A DNA stretch of 64,000 bases, from contig RHPI01002503.1 of assembly GCA_009103225.1 (NCBI GenBank), positions 563,585 to 627,584 on the forward strand, in the 5' to 3' direction. Position 1 is the stretch's first letter; each line of letters opens with the position of its first letter. Both the position numbers and the translations under genes were made by a program. This DNA comes from Chlorokybus atmophyticus. Lineage: Eukaryota; Plantae; Mesostigma and Chlorokybus algae. The notes under the pieces were generated by a model. The model had not been told where the DNA came from and did not search any database. It worked only from the letters and a program-made list of their open reading frames with translations. This document shows positions 1 through 12,600 of this stretch, piece after piece.

Positions 1-420
1 CCCCCCCCCGCACGTGAGCGAAAGCTTTTCATTTCTTAACAAGAGGTGGTATCATTGCTTGCACATGAGGAGGTTGCAGCCATTCGCAATCTTTCTGGTT
101 AATAAGCAGGGTTGCAGTCAGGAAGTAGACCTGACAGCTACACAGTGGTGGTAGTTTGCCAGAGTACCTTGATCAGAAGGAACACCTCTCAAGTCATCAT
201 CAATGACGCTTTGTGGTATCAATGATAGGAAGGTGTGGAGTGTTATTACGTTGGGGTTAATATTGACAGCAGGTGTACATGCTGTACACTGAACAACGCA
301 ATCAAGCCATAGTCCTTCACGATCCCTGTGGACTTTTGTTCTGTGCATACACTCTGTGAGACGCGTAGTATACTGGTTGTACGCCATCCACTCATGCACA
401 GCAGCTGTCTGTATTTGTAG

Positions 421-1915
421 GAGCTGCGGGACCTTGGAGTTAAGACGATCTGGGGTGAGCCCAGCGACGTTGGTGCAGCAGTTGGTTCTTCCAAGTTCCA
501 TGTTGTTGTTGACAACAACGGCAAAGATATGGAAGTTGTTGGGTAAGCTCTTGATTCAAGAACAGTGCATTCTCCTGCCAGCACGCATGACATCAGCAGC
601 AAGCCACTTTGCGTCCCTTACGTGAGGAGCTTGAGTGAGCCCCTTTAAGGCCAAGTTGTGCATGCAACGTTGATGCTGCACACTTGCGAGTCCAACTTCA
701 CCCTTGTGCATCAAGTCGTTGCATGTCCTTGCTGTTCGCTTATGCGCTGTGCAATGTTACAGACCTGTGGCGGCTTGGGCAAAGGGAGCTAAAGTCGAGC
801 AGTTTTTGTTTGTCAGCAGCGCAGGCATCTATGTTTCGTCAGACCAGCAGCCTCATGTAGAAGGGGTGGGTACCCAGTCTACTGTTTGCAATGTCCAGTA
901 ATAGCACAGGGCTGCCTGTAAGTTGCTGAAGCTGTGGATGCCACAGGACAAAGTGAAGGAGGATTCCGGGCATGCACAGGTTGAGCGCCACCTGAAGGGA
1001 CTTGGACTTCCACACGGTTTTGCTGCATTCCGCCCGCAGTACATCACGGGTGACGGCAACAACAAGGACTGTGAAGAGTGGTTCTTTGACCGTAAGTGGT
1101 CACATGCGCCAGCCGCCAGCTGCCCTGTTCATTGCGATCTGCCACAGCTCTCCAAAAAACTCTTGTCCTGCAGGCATTGTGCGAGACCGTCCCGTGCCGA
1201 TCCCCGGATCTGGGATGCAGATGACTGTCATCGCGCATGCTGCGGACTTGGCGTCTATGATTGCAGCTGCGGTGGCATCTCCAGAAAAGGCTAAGGACCA
1301 GATCTTCAACTGTGTCAGTGATCGTGCCGTCACATTCGACGGTCTTGTACGCCTCTGCGGAGCCGCTGCCGGCAAGACTCCCAAGATTATTCATTATGAT
1401 CCCAAGGCTGCTGGTGTTGACGCCAAGAAGGCATTCCCGTTCCGGAATCAGGTCTGAAACCGCAATGTGTAATCCACGTGCTTTGTCTGCCACCAGCGGA
1501 TGTGTTGCATGTCAACGCAACACATGTTACCAGTGCATTGAGCAACAAGCATTTTTTACATATTCAGTAAAAATCATATTATTGGTTGTGTAGGTTGCAT
1601 GCTTCCACAATTAGGGCGCAGGCACTGAGGGCTCACTCGTGCGGGTTGTCATTCATGTGAACACAGCGTGCAATGCACTGCATTCTGTGGCTGCTTGTCA
1701 CGCCCAGTAGGCGCGATGTGCGCGCTAACCATCCATCCTTTTGGCAGCACTTTTACTCAGAACCCAGGGCGGCAAAAGAAAGTCTTGGCTGGACAGCAAA
1801 GCGCCGGCTTGGAGAGGAGCTCAAGGAGCGCTTTGCTGCGTATACAGCATCCGGGCGTGACAAGAAGGCTATCGAATTTCCGCTGGACGATCAGATTCTC
1901 AAGGCAGCCAAGTGA
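421..1915 (+). CDS. CSP41a: Chloroplast stem-loop binding protein of 41 kDa, a-type (NAD-dependent epimerase/dehydratase fold); 5' exons not located, probably outside the window
   Basis: Exons 421-541, 763-865, 947-1091, 1174-1451 and 1748-1915 join through GT-AG introns. They give [91 protein letters not shown] and [16 protein letters not shown], which match plant CSP41a motifs as I recall them. Confidence 0.93.
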
Positions 1916-2559
1916 GTCACCTTCGACGGCACAGAGCGCGCACGGACGTGTGTGCTGATCAGTTTTGAAGGCCATTGGCCAAATCACTGGAGACACGAGT
2001 AGAGGTATTGAAAATGTTGATCGGTAGGTGTGATGATGCTGCTATGTTACTCGCTGGCCTGCCTTGCTCACCATACGCGCTTTGAAAGCGCCGCTTTCCA
2101 TGCATTGTCACGCGTTTTACATGTGCTACACGGATGATGTGTAGGGTACGGTAAGTACAGGGGAGATAGATGCATGCATATGCGCAAGTTAGTTGACAGC
2201 TGCGCCCATGCTATTTGCTACATGATCGGATAGAATTGTAGTTGTGGTTGTTGTTTGAGGTTTTCTGAAAATTTTGTTGTAACAGTTTATGGGGTCCCTC
2301 GCTTGTTGAGTCCATCCAATGTCGTTGCTTGATAATGTGCGCTCCTGGACCGAAGGCGAAACACAGACTGCTGTTGTTCCTCAAGAATGGCGCCATGCCA
2401 TCATGCATAGCCGCATGATGCATGACCGAACAATGCGGAATACAATTGCGTACACAGATTGAAGGTGCTATTGCACCGATGCAGTTTGCCATGAGCAGTT
2501 ATTCACGCATGCTACCGCATATACTCGTACACAGCAATCCGTGTAGTCTATTTGTTATA

Positions 2560-2808
2560 CCCCCCTTCCCCTTTATTCAAGGAAGCATTATTGCCGATTT
2601 CAACCATTCGTGTGCACGAAGCACCCGACTTACAAAACGCCTTTTCCCCGCCTGTCACATCGCGACAGGCGACGAAAAGACCGATTTTGTGCAAATTGCG
2701 CGGTGCACACGAAAGCTTTCCCCTACGAAAGGTTCGTAGGGGAAAGCTTTCGTAGGTCGAAATTGGCAATAAGTTACTTACGATGCACTCCTTGAAATAG
2801 AGAGGGAG
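2560..2808. mobile_element. Foldback / Stowaway-like MITE with nested inverted repeats
   Basis: Begins TA|CCCCCCTTCC and ends GAGAGGGAG. Inverted pairs: 2588-2605 with 2755-2772 (16/18), 2607-2617 with 2703-2713 (11/11), 2649-2656 with 2664-2671 (8/8), and a perfect 20-bp hairpin 2710-2729 with 2733-2752. Confidence 0.6.
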
Positions 2809-2824
2809 TGTCTTTAGGAAGGGG

Positions 2825-3039
2825 NNNNNNNNNNNNNNNNNNNNNNNNNNNNNNNNNNNNNNNNNNNNNNNNNNNNNNNNNNNNNNNNNNNNNNNNNNNN
2901 NNNNNNNNNNNNNNNNNNNNNNNNNNNNNNNNNNNNNNNNNNNNNNNNNNNNNNNNNNNNNNNNNNNNNNNNNNNNNNNNNNNNNNNNNNNNNNNNNNNN
3001 NNNNNNNNNNNNNNNNNNNNNNNNNNNNNNNNNNNNNNN
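2825..3039. other. Assembly gap (N run)
   Basis: N run bordered by G bases. Other gaps are at 18321-18494 and 56626-56676, with single Ns at 28893 and 33025. Confidence 1.
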
Positions 3040-3835
3040 GGTCCCTAGGACAGGGGGTCCAAGTAAGTACGGCAGTCACGCTCATGCAGCCCACAGCAAC
3101 CATGCTCGCACACGCACCTTGGTTTTATATATACCAAACGACGGGTCAACCTATAGCGCATATTTCATCACTATCAAAACTATCATCACTACTCCCACCA
3201 GTAATGCATGCACGCATGCATTCACAGTCGGTCATCTGCATTATGAATTCGCGTGCGCTCATGAAATATTATTATTGTATTTACAAGTGTGATTCTGAAA
3301 TGTCATTAATAGTATGTTGCATGCAACGGTACAAGTATAATAGCCCACATTGATAGGATATATGCATTATGCTGTTATTGAGCGATAGATGACGTCATTG
3401 TGTACATGTTAATGATAATCTCATATACCATAACTGTTGTTACAGAGGTTTTATTAGACATCAAATTGGAGACAGAGACATTAACATAGACATTAAAATC
3501 GCTAACTAGCGGTGCGGCTGATTGGGCGGGATTGGGCCGGCCGGCCGGCCGGGGAGGACGGCATTAGGGCACAAAGACACATCACGCGCACTAAGGGCCA
3601 TCACACACAGCACCCGAAACTACATGCCTGCCGCGCGCATACCGAGCAGCCCGCCTGCCTCTCATTGGCTATGCGACGTGTATCAGCTATCGGCCATTCG
3701 ATTTGTGTTAAACAACTTTCAACCTTCCAAAGCCCATATCGTGCAATTGCACAAAGTACATGCGAATGAATAAAAGAATCCATTCATTTTGAGCACGACA
3801 TGCACGGTGCACATATGCGTTATGTGTGCGTTGTA

Positions 3836-4301
3836 CAGTCCACCCCCGCTAAAAGACTTTGCTCAAGAGAATAACCCCGCTTGTAGCATACGTTCTGAGA
3901 TCACCAACGATGCTACAGGCAAATGTTAGTTCTTAAGAGAATATGACTAACTGCGAAGAGCATATTATTTTTCATGACATTTTTGCAAATGTCAGTGTGC
4001 GTAATCTTAACATTGAGGGAGTAGCGCGTGACGGGTGTGTCATCAGGCGTAATGAGTGCGATAGACAAGGCGTGATGGGTACAGTGTCACGCGTAATTAG
4101 CGTAATGAGCGTGATGGCATGATACGTGACGTAATGCGCGTGATGTAATGGGCGTGATGGGCGTATTGAACAGCATTGTAGCATACAAATGCTCTTAATG
4201 TTTAAGAGCATATTATGCTCTTTTTAACGCCAAGAGCATAACCCCGCCAGGAGCAAACTATCTTTAAAAGCAAACAGCATGCTCTTAAAAGGGGTAGACT
4301 G
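3836..4301. mobile_element. Tc1/mariner-pogo-type MITE (466 bp) with TA target-site duplication
   Basis: TA|CAGTCCACCCCC ... GGGGTAGACTG|TA (TA at 3834-3835 and 4302-4303). Subterminal AAGAG(A/C)ATAACCCCG and AAGAGCAT/ATGCTCTT motifs recur. Confidence 0.75.
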
Positions 4302-4355
4302 TACAATAAATGTTTCGATGTAACTAGGTACGTACCACTATGTACCTTAACTGTA

Positions 4356-4808
4356 CAGTATACCTCCACTATATTCATCACGTGTATCTTTCATTCCATC
4401 AACGGGGTTATTCTCTTGGCGTTTACAATAATATATACTACTTTTTACATAATATATATTCTACTAACAGAGGTATTGCAAAATAACCGTAAGCCACGTG
4501 ATTATGTTGTAACGTGGCATACATTGAATTGATAATAGTCAACAATATACCAATTATGTACGTAACTATATATGAGTTCTGTAATATGTTGATGTTTATA
4601 ATATTTAAAATAAACATGCCATTAACAAGGTATTCCCCCGTAACAAGACTGCCCACACAAAATTTGAACCCTTTGTTGTAGTCTTATAGCGTACAAAACT
4701 ATTCCATTAACCGATGATATTAGTCTGTAAAACCATTGAATTTTTGCAAATTCACGATCTCAACGGGGTTATTTTCATAAACCGAAGTCTTGTAACGCGG
4801 GTAGACTA
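4356..4808. mobile_element. Second, more degenerate copy of the same MITE family
   Basis: TA|CAGTATACCTCC ... GCGGGTAGACTA|TA. Contains CAACGGGGTTATT at ~4400 and ~4761, the reverse complement of the family subterminal motif. AT-rich interior. Confidence 0.55.
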
Positions 4809-4810
4809 TA

Positions 4811-5160
4811 TAGTTTACCCATTTGTAAGAGCATACTGGTATCCTCAAAAATTGTATGCTCTTGGCGACTAAGAGCATAATATGCTCTTGAACGTTAAGA
4901 GCATATATATGCTATAAGCGCAGATTCATTTCGCCCATCACGCCTATTGGTTGGGCCGGCCTGTCGGCATTCAACCTACATCACACATCCCGCGCTAGGG
5001 CCATCACACGGCACCCGCGACTGCCGGGCTGCGCGGCAGTATGTGCGGCCCGCCTGCTTCTCATTGGCTAGGCGGCGAGAACAAGCGTTACACCGTTAGA
5101 TCTGCCTAAGCACGATATTGGCCGTCCAAAGCACATCCAATTGTTTAAGCGCATGCCAAT
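4811..5160. mobile_element. Third MITE-family copy, inverted, abutting copy 2 at a shared TA; right end not found
   Basis: 4811-4950 is a diverged reverse complement of 4146-4301. 4945-5075 is a diverged direct repeat of 3520-3680. Confidence 0.55.
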
Positions 5161-6170
5161 AACTGTTAAAATAAGCACAGTTCTGCAGCGTGACCGCTTA
5201 TGGCTGCATGTTGATAAGTATGCTGCAATATGGTGCAATATGGTGCGATATGATTAGCAAATGCTGTTAAGTGTTTCAAAACTTAGTATTCAACGTAACG
5301 TTCACGCCACGGTACGTGCTGCGGTACTTAGTATATAATGCCGAGGTTACGACCATCAAAATAATGCTAACCTGAATTACCTTAACGTTAAGATTCAACT
5401 AAACGAAAAATCGCATCGTTAGGCCACCATTTGGTCACGCATGAGATTGATCAAATGGGATCGCTACGGTGACAACAGCCAGTTGCTCAAAAAGGCAGCG
5501 AAATGGCCAATCATTGCAAAGATACGTAAAAGATGCTGAAAAATATCTCAGCGGCAACCGCTTACCAACGGCGACCCAATATTGCTAGGATTTGGTGCAA
5601 TTGCGGCATAGTTAGTGGTTAAAATGGCCGCGTTTTTGGCGGTACGAGGTCGGGGCAGGCCTCATACCCCAAAGACATGCCGCCACTACTCACCCTCGTT
5701 CTAACTAATCCACTCTACCCTTTAACGCTAATTGATTACACGCTATAGTTACTGCGTCATCAAACATGGTCAACAGCCGAACAATCGGTTTCACCTATGT
5801 ATGCTTATGCATTATACAGGCCGGAAGCCCGATGGGAAGTCGCACGCAATGTTTAGGTGACAACGGAGCGCCGTCGATATGACATCTGTCCCCGTGGCGC
5901 TCTGTGTGACGATAGATGAACGAGGACTGTGGCGTGACAGCATGCTGACACTTAGATGGTTAGACATTGTGCACCGCATATCGGGGTTGTCATGTAGTGC
6001 GAGAGGCTGTGCTCATTTCGCGTGTCAGGACCTCGTCATTGCGGTGCTACAATGCTGATCATGCTGACGTCAAGGTGACCGCAAGGCGAATTGCACCTTG
6101 TCGTGATGCATGTTAAAGGGTTTGGTGGTGAGGGTTGCGTGGTGCGGCGGCGGCGGCGGCGGCATCTGTG

Positions 6171-6578
6171 ATGGCTGACTTTAGGCAGGACGTAGTTGGG
6201 GGTGCGGCCCACGATGGTGATGCAGAGGGGGGCGAGGAGTTTGTGGCCGGGCTCGCGCACAGCATGCGGGGCGAGGTGGCTGAAGGCCTTTTTGCTGCAC
6301 GTAGCAGGCATCGTGGCCATTGGCGAGGTGTGATACCGCTCGGTGACGACCGTGACGAGCAACAAATGGTTGAGGATTGGGAGTTCTACACTGGTGGCTC
6401 GCAACCTAACATGATAAACGCCCTCGCTATGTGCCTCTCCTGTGGCATGGAGGTCACAGCCAGTGTGCATGTTGCTATGGTTTGTGCATGCTTCCAATTG
6501 CTGTGGTTTGTGCTTGCTGTGCGTGACAATTGTCGTGATCGCCGAACGATTGCTGCCAAACTGCATTGTGCCTTGTAA
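6171..6578 (+). CDS. Hypothetical intronless ORF (135 aa) convergent with the Academ-like gene; possible passenger gene
   Basis: ATG at 6171 within the listed 6135-6578 ORF. Acidic N-terminal half, hydrophobic Cys-rich C-terminal half. No recognisable family. Confidence 0.25.
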   Translation: MADFRQDVVGGAAHDGDAEGGEEFVAGLAHSMRGEVAEGLFAARSRHRGHWRGVIPLGDDRDEQQMVEDWEFYTGGSQPNMINALAMCLSCGMEVTASVHVAMVCACFQLLWFVLAVRDNCRDRRTIAAKLHCAL

Positions 6579-6638
6579 TGTCCAACCATGCGTTGCATGT
6601 GCCTCATTATTGCATGTGACTGCATTGTCTTGTCATTG

Positions 6639-9600
6639 TCATGCAGTGCATGCTGACTGCGTGCTGTTAAGACTGCTGAAGCTGCTGTCGCTATCGCTGC
6701 TTGCATATGAGTCGCAATCTTGTACAGCCTCTGCTTGTGTGGTTTGCTGTGGCGTGAGCATCTCGTCGATGCCATCGTCGTCCTCACTTGAAGTGTCAGT
6801 GCTAAAGCCTTGGGTGCTGGTGTCGCTGGCGTCTGGGTGCACCTGCATTGGAGTACCTGCGCAACTCTAAAGGTTAGCGTTGGTATGCGGTATGCTTATG
6901 ACATGCTTGAGGTGTGTCCCTATAAGGTCTGACCAGCTGGTGTGGACTGAGTGCCTGCTTGTGTCGGGTCTGTACCGCTGTTGTCGTTGTTGCTGCAATT
7001 CAAGCATCTACACGCTCTGGAGCATTGCGTGCCGGTGCGTTTGCATCGGCATTGTTTGCTTTTGCATCCCGTCTTACAGCCGCACCCTCGCAGGAGCAGA
7101 CTGCGCCTTTGCCGAGCTGCTGCCATATTGTCCTGAGTGTCCATCTCCGCGGTGTACACCCCCTCTTGGAGGATGTAACCGTACTCCTCCAAGTTGGCCA
7201 TATGCAGTGTGGTTTTGCATGCCTGCATCCACATGGTGTGCACCCAGACGCTGCGCAGACAATGCAGCCTGAGTGCTTCAACAGTTGGCATTCGATCTGT
7301 TTCCTTCCAGATCGTGTGCCAACTGCCGTTGTGTATTGCCATGAGCCATTCGCTGATGGCAGAGTGGGAGTGCTTATCGCTGCCTAGTCCGTTAACCTCC
7401 ACAAACAATGTCTCTGGGCTGGTTGCCTGAAAACAGCCACGGTGCTTCGTGAAGTATGCACAGCCGAACATGCGCATGAACATGCCTATGTCTCCACTGC
7501 AGTCAAGCTCTGACATGGCCTGTGGTGGGTTTGCCGTGATAAACTCAGTGTTCTGCATCAGGACGACCTCCCAGAAGAAGACCTTACTGAGCCCAGCCAG
7601 AAAGGAAGTGTAGTCACTGCCAGTGCACGCGAACCATTTCAGCAAGTATTGTGCTCTCTCCTGCACAGGTATGAACCGTAGTTGTGGCGTGCGTTGTGTG
7701 GCAGCCAGCAGCATGTTCAAGTTCACAAAGGGTGGCCTGCTGGCTGCTGCGGTCGAAGAGGCAAGCTGAATGTGCACTGTCTTCGTCTCTGCAGGTGTGC
7801 CACGCCAGGTCTCCAGCATGGATAAACCAATCATGGAGGTGTCCGTGTCAGGGCTGTATATCAAAATATGAGACTGGGGTGCGCGGTGGGCGTGCACCCA
7901 AACTCTGCTGTCCGCCTCCGCGTGGTTGCATGCAAATGCATCCGTCACCGTGAACACGGGTCCTGATGTTGTCATGGACAACACCCTCGCCATGTCTTTG
8001 TATTCAGGCAAGTCGCTCCCCCCTGCAAGCACCAAGGACTGTCCGTCACGGAGGTAAGGCGTCGCTAGTTCTGGCAGGTGTTGTGTGATCAAGCAGCAAA
8101 GCTGCCTCTTGTGACTTCTGTCGCCGAGCAGAGTTCTCCAATTGCGTGGCAATGGCGTGTGCAAGTGTAGCGGCGCTGTTTGTGTGCCTGCACTGCCTGC
8201 ATGCTGGTCACGCCGACTTTGGAGTGATGTCTTGACGCCTGTGGCCAAGCTGGGTTCGTCAAAGATGATGTGCATTGCTTGCAGGCAGGGGCTAAAAAGT
8301 CTGGGCATAACAGCGGCGCGGAAGAGGTGGGTGATGTAATCTCCAATGCTGATGCATTGGGGTCCCGGTAGCATGTTGATCATAAACATGCCTTCACTAA
8401 TGACGCATTCAATGCGCGCAGGGAAAGAGCGCGACTGGCACTCTGGTGTGGAGTCCGTAAGCTTGTTGAGGAATGTGGCCTTGTTACCTTTGCGCATGAG
8501 GCCATCCATCTCAAATAAGGCCTGTGGAACCTCCAAGTAGCGGGCATGCACGGCATCTGTTGGGGCATCCTTCATGGCTAAGTGTTTCAGCACGAGAGTC
8601 TGCGAGACAATGCTGGTTTGAGTATGTTCGTGCTGGCAGTTGCATGCTTCACTCACCGTTTCTCTAACCACTTTGCTGAGAGCCTTAGCTGTGCGGTTGA
8701 CTGGCTTTGGTTTTGCCATAGTCTTCAGGTTGAAACGCCTTGTGACCCTGGCGGCAGGTACACCTTGCCCATAGCGCTGGTTGCAGTAGATGTTCATTGC
8801 GTCTTGTCCGATCACATAGTGTTTCAATAGGTCTGCTGCCACACTATCTGACGCAACTTCCCCTGTCACTAAGTGCTTCAGAACGCCTGCAGTGTCCACC
8901 TGCAGAGCACTTGATTGACGCAGCACACACAACATAGCTCTCAACGTGGTCTGCGTTTTATTAGGGTCGCTCCGAGCAGCCTGCGGGTCTTTACGCTTCC
9001 TGCGGAAGGTAGCAGGGCGCAGCTCCTCTCGCAAGCGCTTCAGGCCTTCAGCCCTGTAAGTGCAATATACGGTCTTGGCTCTCATACTGTCTGCTGTTGG
9101 CCTGGCCAGCGTCAGCTTCAAGTCCCGATTAATCAATGTCTCATGCGCCTCATCAATGGCAACGTTGCTGCCTGCATTGCCCTTGATGGACAGGGTGAAT
9201 GCCCCACTCTGCATTGCCGCCATCACATGGTGTGGCCATGATAGAGTATCCGCAATATGGCCCACCACCAACCTTTGGTAGTGTGGCCTGTCCCATGCGA
9301 AATACAGAGGCGCTAGTGCCTTGTACGCTGCAATGCGCAGCTCCCAGTCGCCAGTGCGTATGGCGATGAAAAGAGCTATGTATGCAGCACAGTCCCTCTG
9401 TGTGAAGTTCCACAAGAAGGCCCAGGTAAAATCCGCGGCTGCACGCTCATTACCGTATTGCTGGAAGCCATCAAAGTGATGTAATGCCAGCAACTTATCA
9501 ATCTTGCCTTCTTCGCCAGGCCACTCAAGAGGCAATTCCAGTGCCCCGTATAAAGGACTGGATGCGAAGCAGTCAAATTGCACACGCAGCACACACTCGT

Positions 9601-12600
9601 AGGTTTGCAGCAAGAGAGTGTTGGATCTCTTCCAATGGTGACCGTCCACCAGCTGGTTACGCGCTGATCCTGCAGCAAACCCAGCGGCTATGGCTAAGGG
9701 GTCAACACCGGCGTCTAAATATATTTTCCATAACACTGGTGTCGTGTTGTACAAGGCATGCCAGTCCCCAACAAAAGGCAGCAGCCACTCCCAGAACACA
9801 GGGTCTTGGGACTTTAGCATTTGCATGAGAGCCCATGTCTTCTGATCCCCCCCCACCACCAAGTATGTCCCGCGGTGTTCAATTTGCAGCTGACTTGCTA
9901 GCTCCAACAATGCCAGCCTCAGATTGTCCGGGCGGTCTGGATTGTAAGGCAATAGGGGAAGGTAGACAACATGGCTGGTTGGTGGTGCATCTGCCAAATC
10001 TGCCATCAGTGTCGTTTTCAATTTGCAGTTGTGCTCCTCAGTGAATTGCTGCCTGCACAACGTCGAGTAGTGCGCACTGGCCTTGAAGTTGGCCATTGCA
10101 GCTTGCTCGCTAACCGTGGGTGTGATGACAGCTTCGGGAGATGGACGGTGCCTGGTAATGTGACCCGGCAATGGAGCAGTGACTGGCGGTACACTGGGTG
10201 CTCTTAGACCGGCCTCTGTAAGAGTCCTCCACCGCACAGGCTGCAGATCACCAGATTAAGGTTAGCGTTCGCACTTGAGTTCCATTGCACCAATGCCAGG
10301 TCTCAGAGAGCATACATGCACTTGTCGTGGATAGGCAGGCAGTTGCATGCTGCTGATTGGCCTGGGCACCGACACTTGTGTTGTTGTGCAATGCAAGTCA
10401 GCTTCGCCGCGCTCATGGTAGCGCAGCGCATGGGCAGCCTTGCAGTCCCAGTTGTCGATGGAGGATAGTACAAAGTCCCCACTGTGCATGTCAACAGGGG
10501 CTGGATTTTGTAGTACAATACAGGCTCTAGCCTGTATGTGTCTGGCAACATATGGTAATTCAGCATCTGGACACATGCAATGCACTCAGCACTTGTGCGA
10601 CGCTCACCGGTTGAGTGTGGGTTTACTGACGCAGATACAAAGTTGATTCAGCAGCGTCATCAGCAGCGTAGACTTGCTGAGTGCGTCGCATGCGTCAGCA
10701 AGAGACAAGTGGAGGATGAAGTAAGCCTTGGGGTTGCGGCTGTACACACAAGTAGCAAATAGGTAGGCAGACTGCACTTGCAACTCACGAGCACGCCGCT
10801 TGGCCGCATCACTCTCAGCTACGCCTTGCTGTTGCGTTCTACGCTGCATGCTCCTAAGGCCAGTTAGGGCCGCAAACAGCTTGGCCAACAGTGGATTGGT
10901 CGGCTGCAAATCCTTTATCATGTTCATTGTGCGCAGGTCAGGTACTCCAGTCGCATTGAGTTTTGCCCGCTGACGCGCCTCTTCGGTCATCAGTTTACTG
11001 ATGTTGTCCAGCACCCCATCCGTGAGGAACTGGTCCACGGAAGTGGGTGGTGTAACGCCCACACCACTGCTTGCGCGTGCATGACCCTCCGGTGCTGAAT
11101 GTGTCCTAACCCTTTTCAACAGGCAGTTGATGGGATCGGACCATGCTGCCAGCAACAGGGAACCCAGCCTTGGCGCTGCAGTATGGATACGCAGCAAGTC
11201 CCCAAAGGCTCTTTTGCAACAGTCCATCAACTGCCGATTGGTGACCTCAAATTGCTCAGCAACCTCTCCTAGCAACACACATGCGTCCACCTCCGCTACC
11301 TCCCGCGCCACATGCCGCGCTGCCATCACCAAAGGCGAGTCCCCTTCCAGCCCAGCTGCGCGCTCTTTCAATAGCTCTTGCTGCTCCTCAGTGCATTGAC
11401 TTGGGCCATGATTGCCTCGCTGTGCGCTGGCATCTGTCGCGCTACCTTGTTGTTGTGAGCCGTGGCTGCCTTGCCCAGCATCCCAACCTGCACCCGATGT
11501 TGGCTCACCGGGCTGTCTGCCTTGCTGCGCAGCTTCGTTCGTACGTGTTGCGGGCTCTGCCCTAACAGGGCTGTTTGGCGTAGCCCTCAAGTCTTCTATC
11601 ACCTGCGCATACTCTTGACAGCGTGCTGTCTCCGCAGCAAGACTTGCCTCTGCCACGTGTAGACAGTGTGTAGACTCTTCTAGTTGTGCTTCCAGACCGC
11701 GGTAATTGTCGCCCATGGCCTATATACATACGTTAGAATACGTGGCATCGTCATCGTCACATGCACAGTGCATGCTCAGACAGTGCCTGTCAATTGCATA
11801 CACACACCTGCTGGTCATCCTCAAAGTGACCCCTCAGCGTCGCCCACTCTTGCCGCTGCACATCATGCTCCCACTTCTCTGCAGTAAACTCACGCCTCAG
11901 TGCATCTGCCTGGTCACGCAGCTGCACCTCTGCCGTAACCCTCTCGTGCAATCGTTGGTGCAAGTCTTCAACCTTGTCTTCCAACTCCTGACCACGGCAC
12001 ATGCTTGAGTGTTACGCCATTATTATACTATCGCAAGTCAACACCTATTCATTCAACAACATACCGAGCATACTGTGGTTAAAGAATGATTCTCTGTGCG
12101 CAGCATATGGGCTTCATCTCGCCAGCGCTGCACAGTGTCATCCTCATCAGCAGCTTCCTCAAATTGGCTCATCACATGACTGTGAGGCATCCATTCGGGA
12201 GATTGCTGCTCTTCCGTGTGCACTGTGAACACATTCGAATCCGCGCTAGGAGGGGTCCTATTGTGCAAAGACCACACACCACGGCTATCACGGCAGTTCA
12301 TATTCTGCTCGGGCCGCACATCAGCATGCTCATACTGCTCCAACAATGTACTCAGCTCCTCCAGCCTGTCCAGCATTTCAATGTTGCTGGCTTGACAACG
12401 CGAGAGTTGCTGTTGATTGCGCATACAAGATCTGCACGTGCGCACACGCTTGCCAACTCGCACAGCAATGCCTGCACGCACATCCATATCACACTCAGAC
12501 CGTGCTCGTAGTGTGTAGAAGGACGCAAATACTGACTTATAATGCCCTATTTGAATTGGTGGGGAACCTTCTAACAAAATGTGGCACACCTGGGGTGCCA

